DNA of 35,910 bases, taken from Intoshia linei. Taxonomy: Eukaryota; Animalia; Orthonectida. The stretch is from assembly GCA_001642005.1 (NCBI GenBank), contig LWCA01000259.1, positions 1 through 35,910 of the forward strand. The letters run 5' to 3'. The notes below the pieces were generated by a model. It searched no databases and was not told where the DNA came from. It was given only the letters and a program-made list of their open reading frames with translations. Shown piece by piece: positions 24,238-35,338 of this stretch. Within the stretch, counting starts at the first letter, position 1. Each line of letters begins with the position of its first letter. The translations under genes were made by a program, and so were the position numbers.

Positions 24238-24657
24238 TTATTTAATTAATATATTATCTGTAGTTACATTATGTATTATTACCTGTGTAAAATCGTTTCC
24301 AAGAGCCATCAAAATATCATTTGTCATTTCAAAATTAATGAAATTTACTTTTCTATCAAAATTTGCGCATTTAAGCAATTTTAGTAACTTTAATGAAATT
24401 GAATTGGCTCCAAATTCAGAAATATCAGAAATTCCAGATTTTTCAACGTGTCTAATTTTCCTCTTGTTATATTTCAATATTTTACGAGAAATCTTTTCAT
24501 CGATATCATCAATTCCATACTTTACAAAATATAAGTGTTTTTTCAGATTAGAACTGGGTTTAGAGTAAGATGTGAATTTATATAGACTATCATGCGAATA
24601 AGTCGCCCTAATGGGTGAAATGTAATAGGAAGGGTTTGATTTATCTTTATTTTGCAT
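24238..24657 (-). CDS. Hypothetical protein exon, upstream of FHOD on the same strand
   Basis: A 139-codon open frame in about 25% GC DNA, with an AG acceptor just upstream and a CAG|GTAATA donor near 24282. No family recognised. Confidence 0.5.
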   Translation of the reverse strand: MQNKDKSNPSYYISPIRATYSHDSLYKFTSYSKPSSNLKKHLYFVKYGIDDIDEKISRKILKYNKRKIRHVEKSGISDISEFGANSISLKLLKLLKCANFDRKVNFINFEMTNDILMALGNDFTQVIIHNVTTDNILIK

Positions 24658-25619
24658 TTTAAATGCTTTCTATTTTTCGTGTGTTGTTTTAAGTTTTAGA
24701 TGTTTCCATCCATTTATAGAACATATATTTATATGTTAGTTGGGATACTTTTCAATGTAATACTATCAATTCAACCTCAAATTGTGCTCCAATTTTAGTT
24801 TTATTATATGATTTACCTATCTGTATATTAACCGTTAACATTTATGAATAAATAAATATCTGAATATAAATTATAATTAATTTCTGAAAAACAATAAAAA
24901 CATTCGAAATCCTGAAATTTATAATTTATGGTCTTTTTTAAACAAGGTTCTATTATTAATTTCATTATTCAAAGAACTATTATTTTTTTAATTTTTCAAA
25001 ATAATTGGTAATTTGGGGTTTTGACCGTGAAGATATAAGTTTTTGAGGGTGAAATTTATGATACTGTTCATAGTTTTAAAATCGATATCAGAATGTACAA
25101 TGTACAATAGGGTGTTAACCTAGTTAACAAGAAAAAAAGTATTTTTGCTCTATTTTGTTCATTTTGTATTGTCTACAAGTATGTAAAATTTCAGACTCCA
25201 ATTATTAACGTAACCCTCGCGCAAAAAAATTAAAGTTTATATAATATCTGAAAAATCCTTAAATAAATACAGTGATAATCAATTTAAAAAGTATCAATTA
25301 AATTACATAAGTACATGCAATAAAGAAAGAAAAGAGTTTACGGTGGCCTAATCGATAATGATTTAAATGAAATGACAAAATTACCATCTAAGAATAAGAT
25401 GCTCGGAAGTTATCACTGCTGTAAATACAGAAAAACATCAGGGTGCTGTAAGTTTTTTACAAAAAAAATTTGAATCATTTAAAATACCTTTCATTGGTTG
25501 TAGATTTTCAATGCCCCCGTAAACCCAACAAAAGTATCAATTGATAAAATTTTCTATTTATTTCATTTGTTTTTAAGAGTACACACTTATTGTCCTTACT
25601 TATATAAAGTAAAATGGCT

Positions 25620-25809
25620 ATAAAATGTATTTCTGTTTATTTATTTGCTCCAGTTTATTTATGAAAGTAAGGATGTCGAGTTTTACAAATTCCATATTCT
25701 TACAACAGATTTTCCAGATTGATGTTGTATCGCAAATTTCAATTTCAGAAATTATGTCCTTCAAGGTTAAAAATCCTAATTGTCTTTTGTTTTTAATTTC
25801 AAATTTGTT
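25620..25809 (-). CDS. Probable exon of an unidentified gene; further candidate exon at 26653-26889
   Basis: After a TTCTAG acceptor, an open frame reads NKFEIKNKRQLGFLTLKDIISEIEICDTTSIWKICCKNMEFVKLDILTFINKLEQINKQKYIL*. Confidence 0.35.
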
Positions 25810-25869
25810 CTAGAATCATAAAAAATATACATTCTAATAAAAATTTTAAATTCATCAATATTATGATAA

Positions 25870-26320
25870 TTTTCAATTTAAAAATCTTATATCTTCAGCC
25901 TAAATATATAAATTTCAACCTCCCAAACTCATATCTTACGGGTCAAAAAGCCCAATTATCCATTGTTGTGAAAATCAAACTAGTTCGAGAATTTAAAAAA
26001 ATTATAAATTTGATAAGCAATTTAAAAACAGAAATTTAAATTTATAAAAAATGTATCTTCAGGGCAAAACCCCAAATTAGCCTTTTTTAATGAAAACAGT
26101 CCTAGAATTTATAAATTTTACAGGTGGTACAGTTGTTAACACACGATAAAAATTTCATTCTGATTAAGTTACGCCTTTATGGTCAAAAAAGCACTTTAAT
26201 TTTCTTTTATGTCGAAACTATTATCTTAACAACATGTAAAAATAAAAAATTTGAAATAATTAACGGTATTACAATTAAAAGATATTATTCTGATACAGCT
26301 TATTCCAATTGATATAAATA
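25870..26320 (+). repeat. Dispersed repeat family D copy
   Basis: Collinear with 32190-32620 (atttcaacc.cccaaactcatatctta.gggtcaaaaa...acgcctt.a.ggtcaaaaaagca). Confidence 0.85.
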
Positions 26321-27517
26321 CAAAATTATTACCCCAAAAATCTACTCATTCCTGGTGAAAAATAATTTTTAATATACATTATTATTATGTATTATCAACC
26401 AATATTTTTCAAATGTTGGATTAAAATTAAAAATAAAAAAGTAAAAAATCATCCTACAATTTCAAAAAAAATGTGTATTGAACATTGATACATTTCCAAT
26501 AAACAAATATGGGTGGAAATCTATTTAATTGATTCCTTCTGGTTTTTTTTCATTGTTACACAGTTTTTGATTCTCAAATTCTCATTTTCAAAAGTTTTGT
26601 TTACCAAACCAAACCAAAAGAAACCTTAACGGTCAAAAATGCAAATTACTATTTACCCTTTTTTATTTGGAACTTTATCATTAAAATAAAAAAAATAAAA
26701 CATTAATGGCCTAGAATTTAAAATTTTCATCTTTATAGGACCCATTATTGATTCTCCATGTTCCAGAGTATAAAATTTTTGAAATATTTGAAATTTTCGA
26801 ACACAGATTTTTATGATTTCATTAACTCGATCCGAACAATTTCTGATCTTGTAAATCTGGCAAGTTGGACCAGAAAAATGTTGGTCCATGTGGGGATTAA
26901 TTTTTTAATGTTATTTTACAACAATGTATTGCATACAATCACTCCATATAATATTTTCGTAACAAATGTTGGGAAACTACAAAATATATACCAAAATGCA
27001 TAAAAGATATTACAATAATTAAATTTATTGACATTTACACTATTTACTGTTGTTTATATTTACTTTTTTTTTGAGATTTTCTCGGAAACTTGTCAATTCC
27101 TAATTTTTCAATTATTAATTATTTTATTGTTAAAGCTACTGTTCTGTTTACAATAATAAATAATAATGAATTGTATTAATACATTTTATTTGTTGGACCT
27201 ATTTTTATTCAGTGATTTGTTAAGATATTGCGACATTGTGTGTCAATTGTTGACTTTAAAACGTAGAGCAATTAAAACATTGAACCGTAGATATAATAAA
27301 ACCTCATAAAATGCAAAATACATGCAAATTGACGAAATTGTAACGTATTCATTTTTTAAATCTCATCTCGGAACAACTCAGAGAGAATAAAATGTAATAA
27401 ACTATTTTTATTTGTAATAATAATGTTTTCAAAAAATTGTCAAATCTTTACTCAAAAATGCACTTTTTTCAGAATGGATAATTTATGATAAAACAATATA
27501 ATTGGAAAAATAAATAC

Positions 27518-28053
27518 CTCTACGGATGGTAGACATTTACCAAGACATTCTAAAAGTAGATTATCTCTTTTAACGGCTTTCACAAAATCGTCTTCTGTAA
27601 TTTTATTCTCTTTTTCACATTTCTAAAAATACACGTAAAATTAATTAATTTAGAATTACAAATAATCGAAAAACACAATCAATTAATTCCTTGATTCCTT
27701 CATCAGGGTCATCATCATCTGTCATCTAAGTTGATTAAATTAAAATTTTATTACAATTAACATGATGTGAATAAGAAGTAAAAAAGTTTTAATACATGCA
27801 TATTAACACTGTGCATTAAGGTGTCTCATGGGTATTTAGAAAAAATATACTTAGGGCTTAAAATTATAGTATTACTAAAATAATAACTATTGTAAAATAT
27901 TTTCGGCCAATTCCTAAAGGTGAAGTTGGTATGACCATTTAAAGTTTTTTTATATATACTATATATTGAAAAATTAAAACTGAACTTTATTTTAATAGAA
28001 ATTGGCGTTTGAGCTTTTAAACGTGGTACCGATTTCATAATATTGTTCTCCAT
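27518..28053 (-). CDS. EFCAB1: EFCAB1/calaxin-like EF-hand protein; C-terminal exons clear, 5' part and last exon unresolved
   Basis: Exons 27725-27660 (MTDDDDPDEGIKELIDCVFRLF) and 27622-27518 (KCEKENKITEDDFVKAVKRDNLLLECLGKCLPSVE) are joined by a 37-nt GT-AG intron. They match EFCAB1 EEDPDEGIKDLVEITLKKM...LLLEAFGPCLP. Confidence 0.75.
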
Positions 28054-28717
28054 GTTTAGTTATACAGTTTATTTTTTTAAATTTGTTTCTAGCTCAATTT
28101 TTTTGGATTATATTTTTTGTTCGAATACAATTTAAATAATGTAAATAGCCACAATTCGAGAAATTAAATCGTATTAAATTTATATTAACTGAAACGTGTG
28201 TTTTTTTTATTGATAATTGTTATAAATTTAACATAAAATAGTAAAAAGAAAAGTAACATTCATAAGAAAAAAGGCCAAAAGTATGGACACATTTTTAACA
28301 TCAATCATTTTTATATTACAATCCTTTGCAATAATGGTAAAATTCGACTGAATTATTTATAAAGTGAAGATTCAAATAATTATTTATACACAATTGGTAT
28401 TTTTAAGTATTTATTAAATTGATACTGAATGTCATCACATTGAAAATGACAAAATATGTTTTAATAATTTTATTTTTTCTGGAATTTATGCTATTTATGA
28501 CAATTTTTAGGATTAAACTGTTTTTATTTATTTGTAATATTATACACACAATCTGTCTAATAAATTAAAAAAATGGGATAACAATTGTTTTTAAAATTCT
28601 TTACGCAATATTAAAGACAAAATAACTATAATAAATATAAAGATGGAATAATTCACTTTAAAGTAAAAAGTAATGTGATATGACGGTTCCACCTGAACAA
28701 AATTTGGAACCAGTCCT

Positions 28718-28906
28718 TTAAAGGATTGATAATAGTTAATAGTAGGATTTTTAAGTTAGATTTTCAATGTAAATTTATTTTTTGGTAGTATAAAAATGTT
28801 CCCTCGGTAGAACTAGGCTACGATGAATTTATTTTTTGGTATCATAAAAGAGTGCTCTCGGCAGAGCTAAGTGCTGTTTGTATGTAGTACAAAACTGCCA
28901 AGCTAG
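28718..28906 (+). mobile_element. Helitron-like 3' terminal segment
   Basis: Inverted homolog of 35640-35774. Ends in an imperfect hairpin followed by CTAG|T, and contains an internal duplication of about 55 bp. Confidence 0.65.
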
Positions 28907-29934
28907 TTATAGTATCATATTATACAATGAAAGTTTTTTAGAGAAATTAAAATGTCTTCATTTTTTAAATGTTCTTGCATTAAATTTACTATTCCTTTTT
29001 TTGAACCTATCATCGATGGATCACCGTCCGTAGTAAGGCCAACAAATTTACGTATGTTAAAATTTGCTTTTGGGATCATTTTCATTATTGCATCAAAGAT
29101 GTCTCAGTGCAATTCCCTTTCATAGGTATTAATTCAAAAAATTCTTAAACAATTTCAAATTTGTAATTTACGCCTGACAAAAACTACAATTTGGGCAGTA
29201 TCCCTCATGTCCAAACTTTTACCAACAGCAATTAAATAGTATTTGAAATTTTCAATAGACTTTTGCAATTATTCTCTTATGTTAACAGACATTTCTTCTA
29301 TTCGTCTAGTTACTGTTCTTCTGGATAAGCTTATATTAGCAAACATATCTTTTTTTCCGGACATACTATGTCAATTACAAACATTATGCAATCTTTACTA
29401 AACTCTCCATCAGATACAGGTTTCCTGCGTTGAGCAATCAATTTTGAAATAACATAACTGGCATTAGTATTATTTTTATCTGTATCCATTCTATTCGTGA
29501 ACAAAATAGCCTGTTTTTTAAACCATTTTTTAATTTATTGAATTCGTCTAATCTCAAATTTCCATCAATTTTTTGAAAGGTCGATTTATGTTTGCTTTCA
29601 TAATGACGCTTGATATTTTCTACTTTATTAATGGCAACACTTTCTTGGCAGATTACACAAACAGGTTTGTTGTAGTGTTCCATAAAAAAATATTCTAATT
29701 CCCATAATTTTTGGAAAATTCTGCATTCAGAGTCCACTTTTCTCTTTTTTATTGTCTTGCTCATTTAAGAACGATAAAATATGTTACTATGTATATTATT
29801 AATTTCTTAAATTAAGAATCTTAATGAATTATAATTATAATGTACAATTATAATATACATTGTACAATTTAGAATTTTAAATTAAAAAATTTACATAATA
29901 AAAATTATTGCGGCTCGTATGTTGCTTATCCCTG
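28907..29934 (-). mobile_element. 5' half of a hAT transposon (SPIN/GTF2IRD2/EPM2AIP1-like transposase pseudogene)
   Basis: ORF at 29764: KKRKVDSECRIFQKLWELEYFF..PVCVICQESVAINKVENIKRHYESKH (BED-type C2H2). Then, frameshifted: KPVSDGEF..CPEKKDMFANISLSRRTVTRRIEEM..DTAQIVVF..LIPMKG..GLTTDGDPSMIGSKKG..FHCII*. TIR CAGGGATAAGCAAC at 29934-29921, flanked by cccTAatt. Confidence 0.92.
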
Positions 29935-30560
29935 CCCTAATTCATATATACCATATTTATGTATAATTATAAGTAAAAAAAAATAAATAAATAAAAATAC
30001 GTCACTTTTATAAAAAATACCCTAAAAAAAACTTTTAATCTTGGATAAAAATAGCCAAAGTCAATATCAAGTATTAAAAATTTAATATTATGAATTTAAT
30101 TTTAAATTTTTTTTCAATGTTCCCATTTTATCGTGGACTTATCGCCACGGTTACCTCACTAAGCACTGTTTATACCCACTTTATATAACTGATTTACTAA
30201 AATTTAATATTTCTGATAGTAATTGATAAGATTCGATAAATTAGCAGCTACTAACATGTTTCATGTGTGTCGTTAGTTTATAGCCAGCTTATTTAGACTA
30301 AAAATATAGAAATGCATACAAATATAAACTCTACTTCACAGATACTGTTAATAAATGTTACATTATATATCATCAATATCGATATAAGGCTGTAGATGAC
30401 TTGATTGTAAGATATAATATGAAATATATGTATAATGTGGGATAGTAACAAAAATTCAACAAAATTATAAAGAAAATAAATGAACAAACATTTGACCCAA
30501 AATTTATATCTAGAGCAGACTAATAAATATATAAATACATAAAGATAAATTTCAATTTGA

Positions 30561-31862
30561 ATGTTATCATTTCTAAAGTCATCTACAATCAAGTAATTTT
30601 AAATGCAAGTTGAATTTTTAAATGTAAATTAAACTAATAGAAAAGTGGATGTCGGGATAGCGAAGACAATTTTTATGGCTGGAGAAACAATAAATGGCAC
30701 AATTAATATTGAATGTTCTGAATCTACGTTATTGGAAAAAGTTAGCGTCAAAATTCACGGTGTTGTACTAGTAAAAATCAGAGAAGGGAATAATAACAAT
30801 AAAAATACATACAAACAAACTTTCTATGCCACAGAAACTAATCTACAGCAATGTTATTTTATATTCATATTACTCTTTCAAATCGGAATAAATATCTTAC
30901 CATTTAGTAAATACCACCCAGTGCAGTTTTTACTAAAGGGTCTTGAAAACTGCTAGGGTTGGTTGAATTTACCCCAAACAATTAAAATACAAAATTAAAT
31001 TAAAAAAAAACAATTAATATTATATTTAGATACAACGCAGTTGAATGTTGGAATAAATACAATGACATTCAGTGTAGCTTTAATCGATCAAGAAAATAGC
31101 CCGTTATTATTTAATAACAATTTTAATTATGACAGTTTAGATTAACTACATCACTTAAAATTGGAGATGGTAAAATTTATTACAAATTAAAGATTGATAT
31201 TAACGGAGATCAAAAGTATAAAACTTATATTGACATAATCGCTTCATATCCAGAAACTATTGACGTGGTATGTTATTTTTTTAACATTTAATATTAAATA
31301 ATACTTTTCATATGCACGGTATTATAATTTTTTTCATTTTACAGTCGAGTTTTCCGGGTAAAGCAGAGGATGACAAAAAAAGATGCTGTCAAACTGGACC
31401 ATTGGTTATATCCGCATCAATTGACAATACACTCATAAAACTTGGTCAACCATGTACTTTATCGTACAATATTGAAAATAAAAACAATTCAAAATACAAA
31501 ATGATTCTAAAATTACAACGAAAAATTAAACTAAACGCTCACCATAATGTACTAAGACGAACGTTAACACTATACACACAACCATGTAATTTTATTTATC
31601 AACAAAAATATATTATTTAGTGGGAACGGTAAATCCTTGGGGTAGCATGAACAATAGACAAGTTTTAAGCTTGGATCCCTCAGTTTTACCAACTTATCCT
31701 AAAGTTGAAAATTTTGTGGAAGTTTATGATTATTTTAAGGTTTTTTGTTTTTTTGTAATTTTTAATACATTGTATTTTTAATGTACTTATTTTTAGATTA
31801 TAGGGGAAAAAGGTTTATGTTTTAATACAAGCCTCAGATTAGACATTATGATTATTTATTAA
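30561..31862 (+). CDS. Alpha-arrestin (arrestin-domain-containing) protein, 7 exons
   Basis: Spliced: MLSFLKSSTIK-KVDVGIAKTIFMAGETINGTINIEC..KVSVKIHG-..LNVGINTMTFSVAL..P-LTTSLKIGDGKIYYKLKI-..CCQTGPLVISASIDNTLIKLGQ..IENKN..LQRKI-..LPTYPKVENFVEVYDYFK-IIGEKG..LRLDIMIIY*. Arrestin_N and Arrestin_C motifs are present. Confidence 0.85.
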
Positions 31863-32079
31863 ATTTTGACATTTAAAGATTCTAAGATTATATTTATTAA
31901 AATTATTAAAACTTTATATTCAACATTTTTAAATTTAAAAACAAAGGACAATTGTGGTTTTAACCTTTAAGACTTATTTTCTGAAATTAAAATTTGTGAT
32001 AAAACATCACTCTGGAAAAACTATTATAAGAATATCGAATTTGTAAAACTCAACTCCTCTTACTTTCTGAAATAAACAA

Positions 32080-32620
32080 ATAAATAAACAGACATACATT
32101 TTTAGCTAAATCAATAATCAATAAATCAATAACTACCAGTCTTAGAATTTTATAATGTCCACATTTCAATTACAGTTTTTTCCGGGTGTTAGCAAAATAA
32201 ATTTCAACCACCCAAACTCATATCTTATGGGTCAAAAAACCCAATTGTCTTTTTTTAAAATCAAACGAGTTCGAGAATTTAAAAAAATATACACTCTGAT
32301 ACGGATTTTAAAATAATAAATATTATCATAGATTTAAATTTAAAAAAAATATATCTTCAGGGTAAAAACCCCAAATTACCTTTTTTTTAATGAAAACAGC
32401 CCTAAAATTAAAAAAAAATTACAGATGGTACTGTTGTATCCTGGTAACACACACAAAAAATTTCAATCTGAACAAGTGACGCCTTCACGGTCAAAAAAGC
32501 ATTTTAGTATTCATATATATTTTTTCAGAAATATTTTATAAAACAAAAAATGTGAAATAATTCATGGTCCGAAAATTTAAAAAAAAATATAATTCTGATA
32601 TATTTTAGCTTATTTCACTA
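32080..32620 (+). repeat. Dispersed repeat family D copy
   Basis: Collinear with 8590-8800 and 25870-26320. Confidence 0.85.
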
Positions 32621-32663
32621 TGTCTAAAACAGTGTTTCTTAACTTTTTTTACTTCATTTAAAT

Positions 32664-32840
32664 GACTCAATTATACCAACATATCCTAATGTTGAAGTTG
32701 ATGATTACGTTGAGGTTTTTTGCGCTTTTTAAATTTGTAATAAAATGTTTTATGTATTAATATTTAGATAATAGGGGAAAAAGTTTTTTTTTAATTTTTA
32801 ATTTGCGTCAAAATAGACATATATGATAATTATCATTAAA
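32664..32840 (+). pseudogene. 3' fragment of an alpha-arrestin paralog
   Basis: IIPTYPNVEVDDYVE|gt..ag|IIGEKV, with a deletion and frameshift relative to 31680-31862. A hAT end (cagtgtttcttaac) precedes it at 32630. Confidence 0.75.
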
Positions 32841-33218
32841 TCCTGAAATATAATGATATCCACGAATAGTTATTAAAACTTTAATTTTTCATCTATTATG
32901 TGCCACCCACGATGATATCAAAGATGTAATCCGATAATACAGGGTTTTTAATTTAATTTAGTCACACCGTAAGTTAAAATAGTCACTAAGTAAATTAAAA
33001 TAGTCGCATAGATGATCAATGATTGATCCATAATATGTTATTATGTTAATATGGATTCCATATTATTATATATGTTCTCCATCCTGTAGTCATGTTTGCA
33101 ATCAACATAATCATATTTGTATCTATGATACATTCAAATAATTCAATAGATTGATAATATCTATTATTGTTATTGCATTTCATTATTGCTATTTTATCTT
33201 ATTTGAAACTTTAAAAAA

Positions 33219-33488
33219 ATGTCTCAACGAAGTAAAAAATTTGAACGTGAATTGGCTCAACATAAGTTAAATTTTGAAATATACATAAATAGTTTCAAAC
33301 CGAATGTAGAAGAAGTTAAAGTACAAAAATTTAACGACGTGGCCCTTCAGAATACCGTCACATCCAAATCAGAAACGGTTGTTACTAATGAAATGATTAC
33401 AGAACTTGAAGCAGAAATTAAGGAACATCTTGAAAATCTCAAAAGTCGAGGACTTGAGTCACACATCAATTATATGCCGATGCGTTGA
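33219..33488 (+). CDS. Intronless 89-aa hypothetical protein with predicted coiled coil
   Basis: aaaaATG start context, E/K-rich helical sequence, higher GC than the flanks, and AATAAA at about 33553. Confidence 0.55.
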   Translation: MSQRSKKFERELAQHKLNFEIYINSFKPNVEEVKVQKFNDVALQNTVTSKSETVVTNEMITELEAEIKEHLENLKSRGLESHINYMPMR

Positions 33489-33686
33489 TGGAAACAAAAA
33501 ATGAATCGTACAATATCAATATTTTTTCAATATATTATATTTTATTATTGTCAATAAAAAATTAAATTGCATTTGTTTATTTTTATAATTGTTCATTATT
33601 CATTTAATTCATGGCTTCTGAATCGACGTCGCGGTCGTTAACTGTGTAGCGAAACATCAGGGGTCTTAAGATAATTTATACTTAGT

Positions 33687-34809
33687 CACAGTCTGTCTAA
33701 ATAAATTTTAGATGAAAAAAATTGTAGGTCTACAAATTATACATTTTCTGAACCGGTAAACTTTCTGGAGTATTTTTAAAAAAAAATTAAAAAAATTCTT
33801 AGTAAAGTTTTTTTTTAAATGCAAGAATCTTCAGAATTGTCAAGTTCATTTCCAAAATTCTCCAACACACCAATGGCAGTATGTAGTTTTTGTTTATGTA
33901 TCGATACGTGTAACGAACATAAAATAACTTGCTGAAACGGGTTCTTCCAAATGTATTGAAAAGGTGACTTCACTGAAGGCGGCAAGAACGGTTGTGTTTT
34001 AAAAAAAAAATATGTCTTCGATTCAAACAGATTTAAGTTTGAGTAACACACAGATTTTAAAATTAGCGGGTCATATCAGAGTAGCAACTGGTGATAGAAA
34101 TATTATTGAAACTCATCTTAAAACAAAATTGCAAAAAATGAATCACAGGTTAGAGACTTATTTACTCTTTCTAATGAAGAATTCACAATGAAAAAACACT
34201 TTCTAGAAATGGCAGAAAACAATACCAAATTAAAACTTCTCATAATTTTTGAAGATTAACATAGGAATAACTCCAAAACTCCACGCTATTTTTTCCCATA
34301 TCTCTGATTTTTGTGAGAAAAATAAATCAGCACTTGGTATATGGTCTGAACAAGCCTCAAAATCTGTGCATGCAAATTTTAAAAAAACCTAGGCTAAATA
34401 TGCTGTAACATAAGTTAATAAAGACAAGTATGGTCAACAATTGTTAAAAGCTATATAAGATTATGCAAGCAAGCACATTTGAAAATTCATTATCATTTTA
34501 TTAAATTTCTATACATTCAAGTTTGTCATAAATTTTTCAAAATGTTGAACTATGATTCATTTTCAGTATTTCAATGAAAATAATTATATTCAGTCTTGAA
34601 AATGAATGTTAAATGTTAAAAAAATAAAAAATTTAAATAATTTTTTGCATTGAAATTTCCAATTTTACATAAAATTTACATTTCTTGCATTTAAAAAAAC
34701 CCTACTAAGATTTTTTTTTAAAATACTCCAAAAAGTGTATTGGTTCAGAAAATGTATAATTTGTAGACCTACAATTTTTTTCATATAAAATTTATTCAGA
34801 CAGGCTGTG
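33687..34809 (+). mobile_element. Internally deleted Chapaev/Transib-type (RAG1-core-related) DNA transposon
   Basis: TAGT|CACAGTCTGTCT...AGACAGGCTGTG|TAGT, with about 115-bp imperfect TIRs and a 4-bp TSD. Remnant peptides: [74 protein letters not shown]. Confidence 0.85.
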
Positions 34810-34941
34810 TAGTCAATATGAAAGGTGTACATAAATAATTATGCATGTATTTGTAATGTATACTATACGTGTATCTATATATATATATATGTAGTATCAT
34901 AACATTAGATTCATAAGTCTATTAATAATACGCAATAATAG

Positions 34942-35338
34942 TCATATTATTCGGGTAAAGCACATATTAACGAAGCGTTGTGTTGCCAGACGGGATCACT
35001 GATAATGTCGGTATCAATCGGAAAAAAATTAATTAAACTTGGTCAACCATTTGGTATAACCTACAATATTGAAAATAGGGATCGATTCGATTATCACATA
35101 TTTATAAAACTCAAAAGAAGCATTACATTGAGAAACTATAATGCAGTGAGTACAGAAATTCAAACAATATTTACAGAAAAATGTTAATTTACTCACATAA
35201 ACAAAAATGTATATATTAGTAGAAATGAGTAAACCAGGTGAAAGTATGAATAAAATCTAAATTATAAACATGATACCAGCATTATTACCAATATATCCTA
35301 ATGTAAAAAGACACATCAACGTTTATGATTATTTTAAG
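34942..35338 (+). pseudogene. Alpha-arrestin paralog, two Arrestin_C exons, probable pseudogene
   Basis: SYYSGKAH..CCQTGSLIMSVSIGKKLIKLGQ..., with the same intron positions as 31344-31739. In-frame TAA at 35258-35260 where the intact copy has CAA. No 5' exons found. Confidence 0.75.

Noticed and set aside
2481-28053. Functional cilia/cytoskeleton gene cluster (rotatin, FHOD, calaxin)
   Set aside because: Adjacency of three genes in a compact genome is not evidence of co-regulation without synteny or expression data.
30293-30592. 99-aa hydrophobic minus ORF
   Set aside because: F/I/L/Y-rich composition is expected from AT-rich DNA, the start is non-ATG, and it overlaps the arrestin 5' region.
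33687-33730. Full RSS with 12/23 spacer and nonamer
   Set aside because: There is only an A-tract about 20 bp after the heptamer-like end. The TIRs are symmetric, with no ACAAAAACC and no 12/23 asymmetry, and no RAG2-like ORF is visible.
33815-34051. 78-aa minus ORF
   Set aside because: It is antisense to the transposase remnant.
1045-35260. Alternative genetic code or stop readthrough suggested by isolated in-frame stops
   Set aside because: The FHOD and arrestin genes and the long rotatin exons translate cleanly with the standard code. Stops occur only in decayed or unresolved segments.
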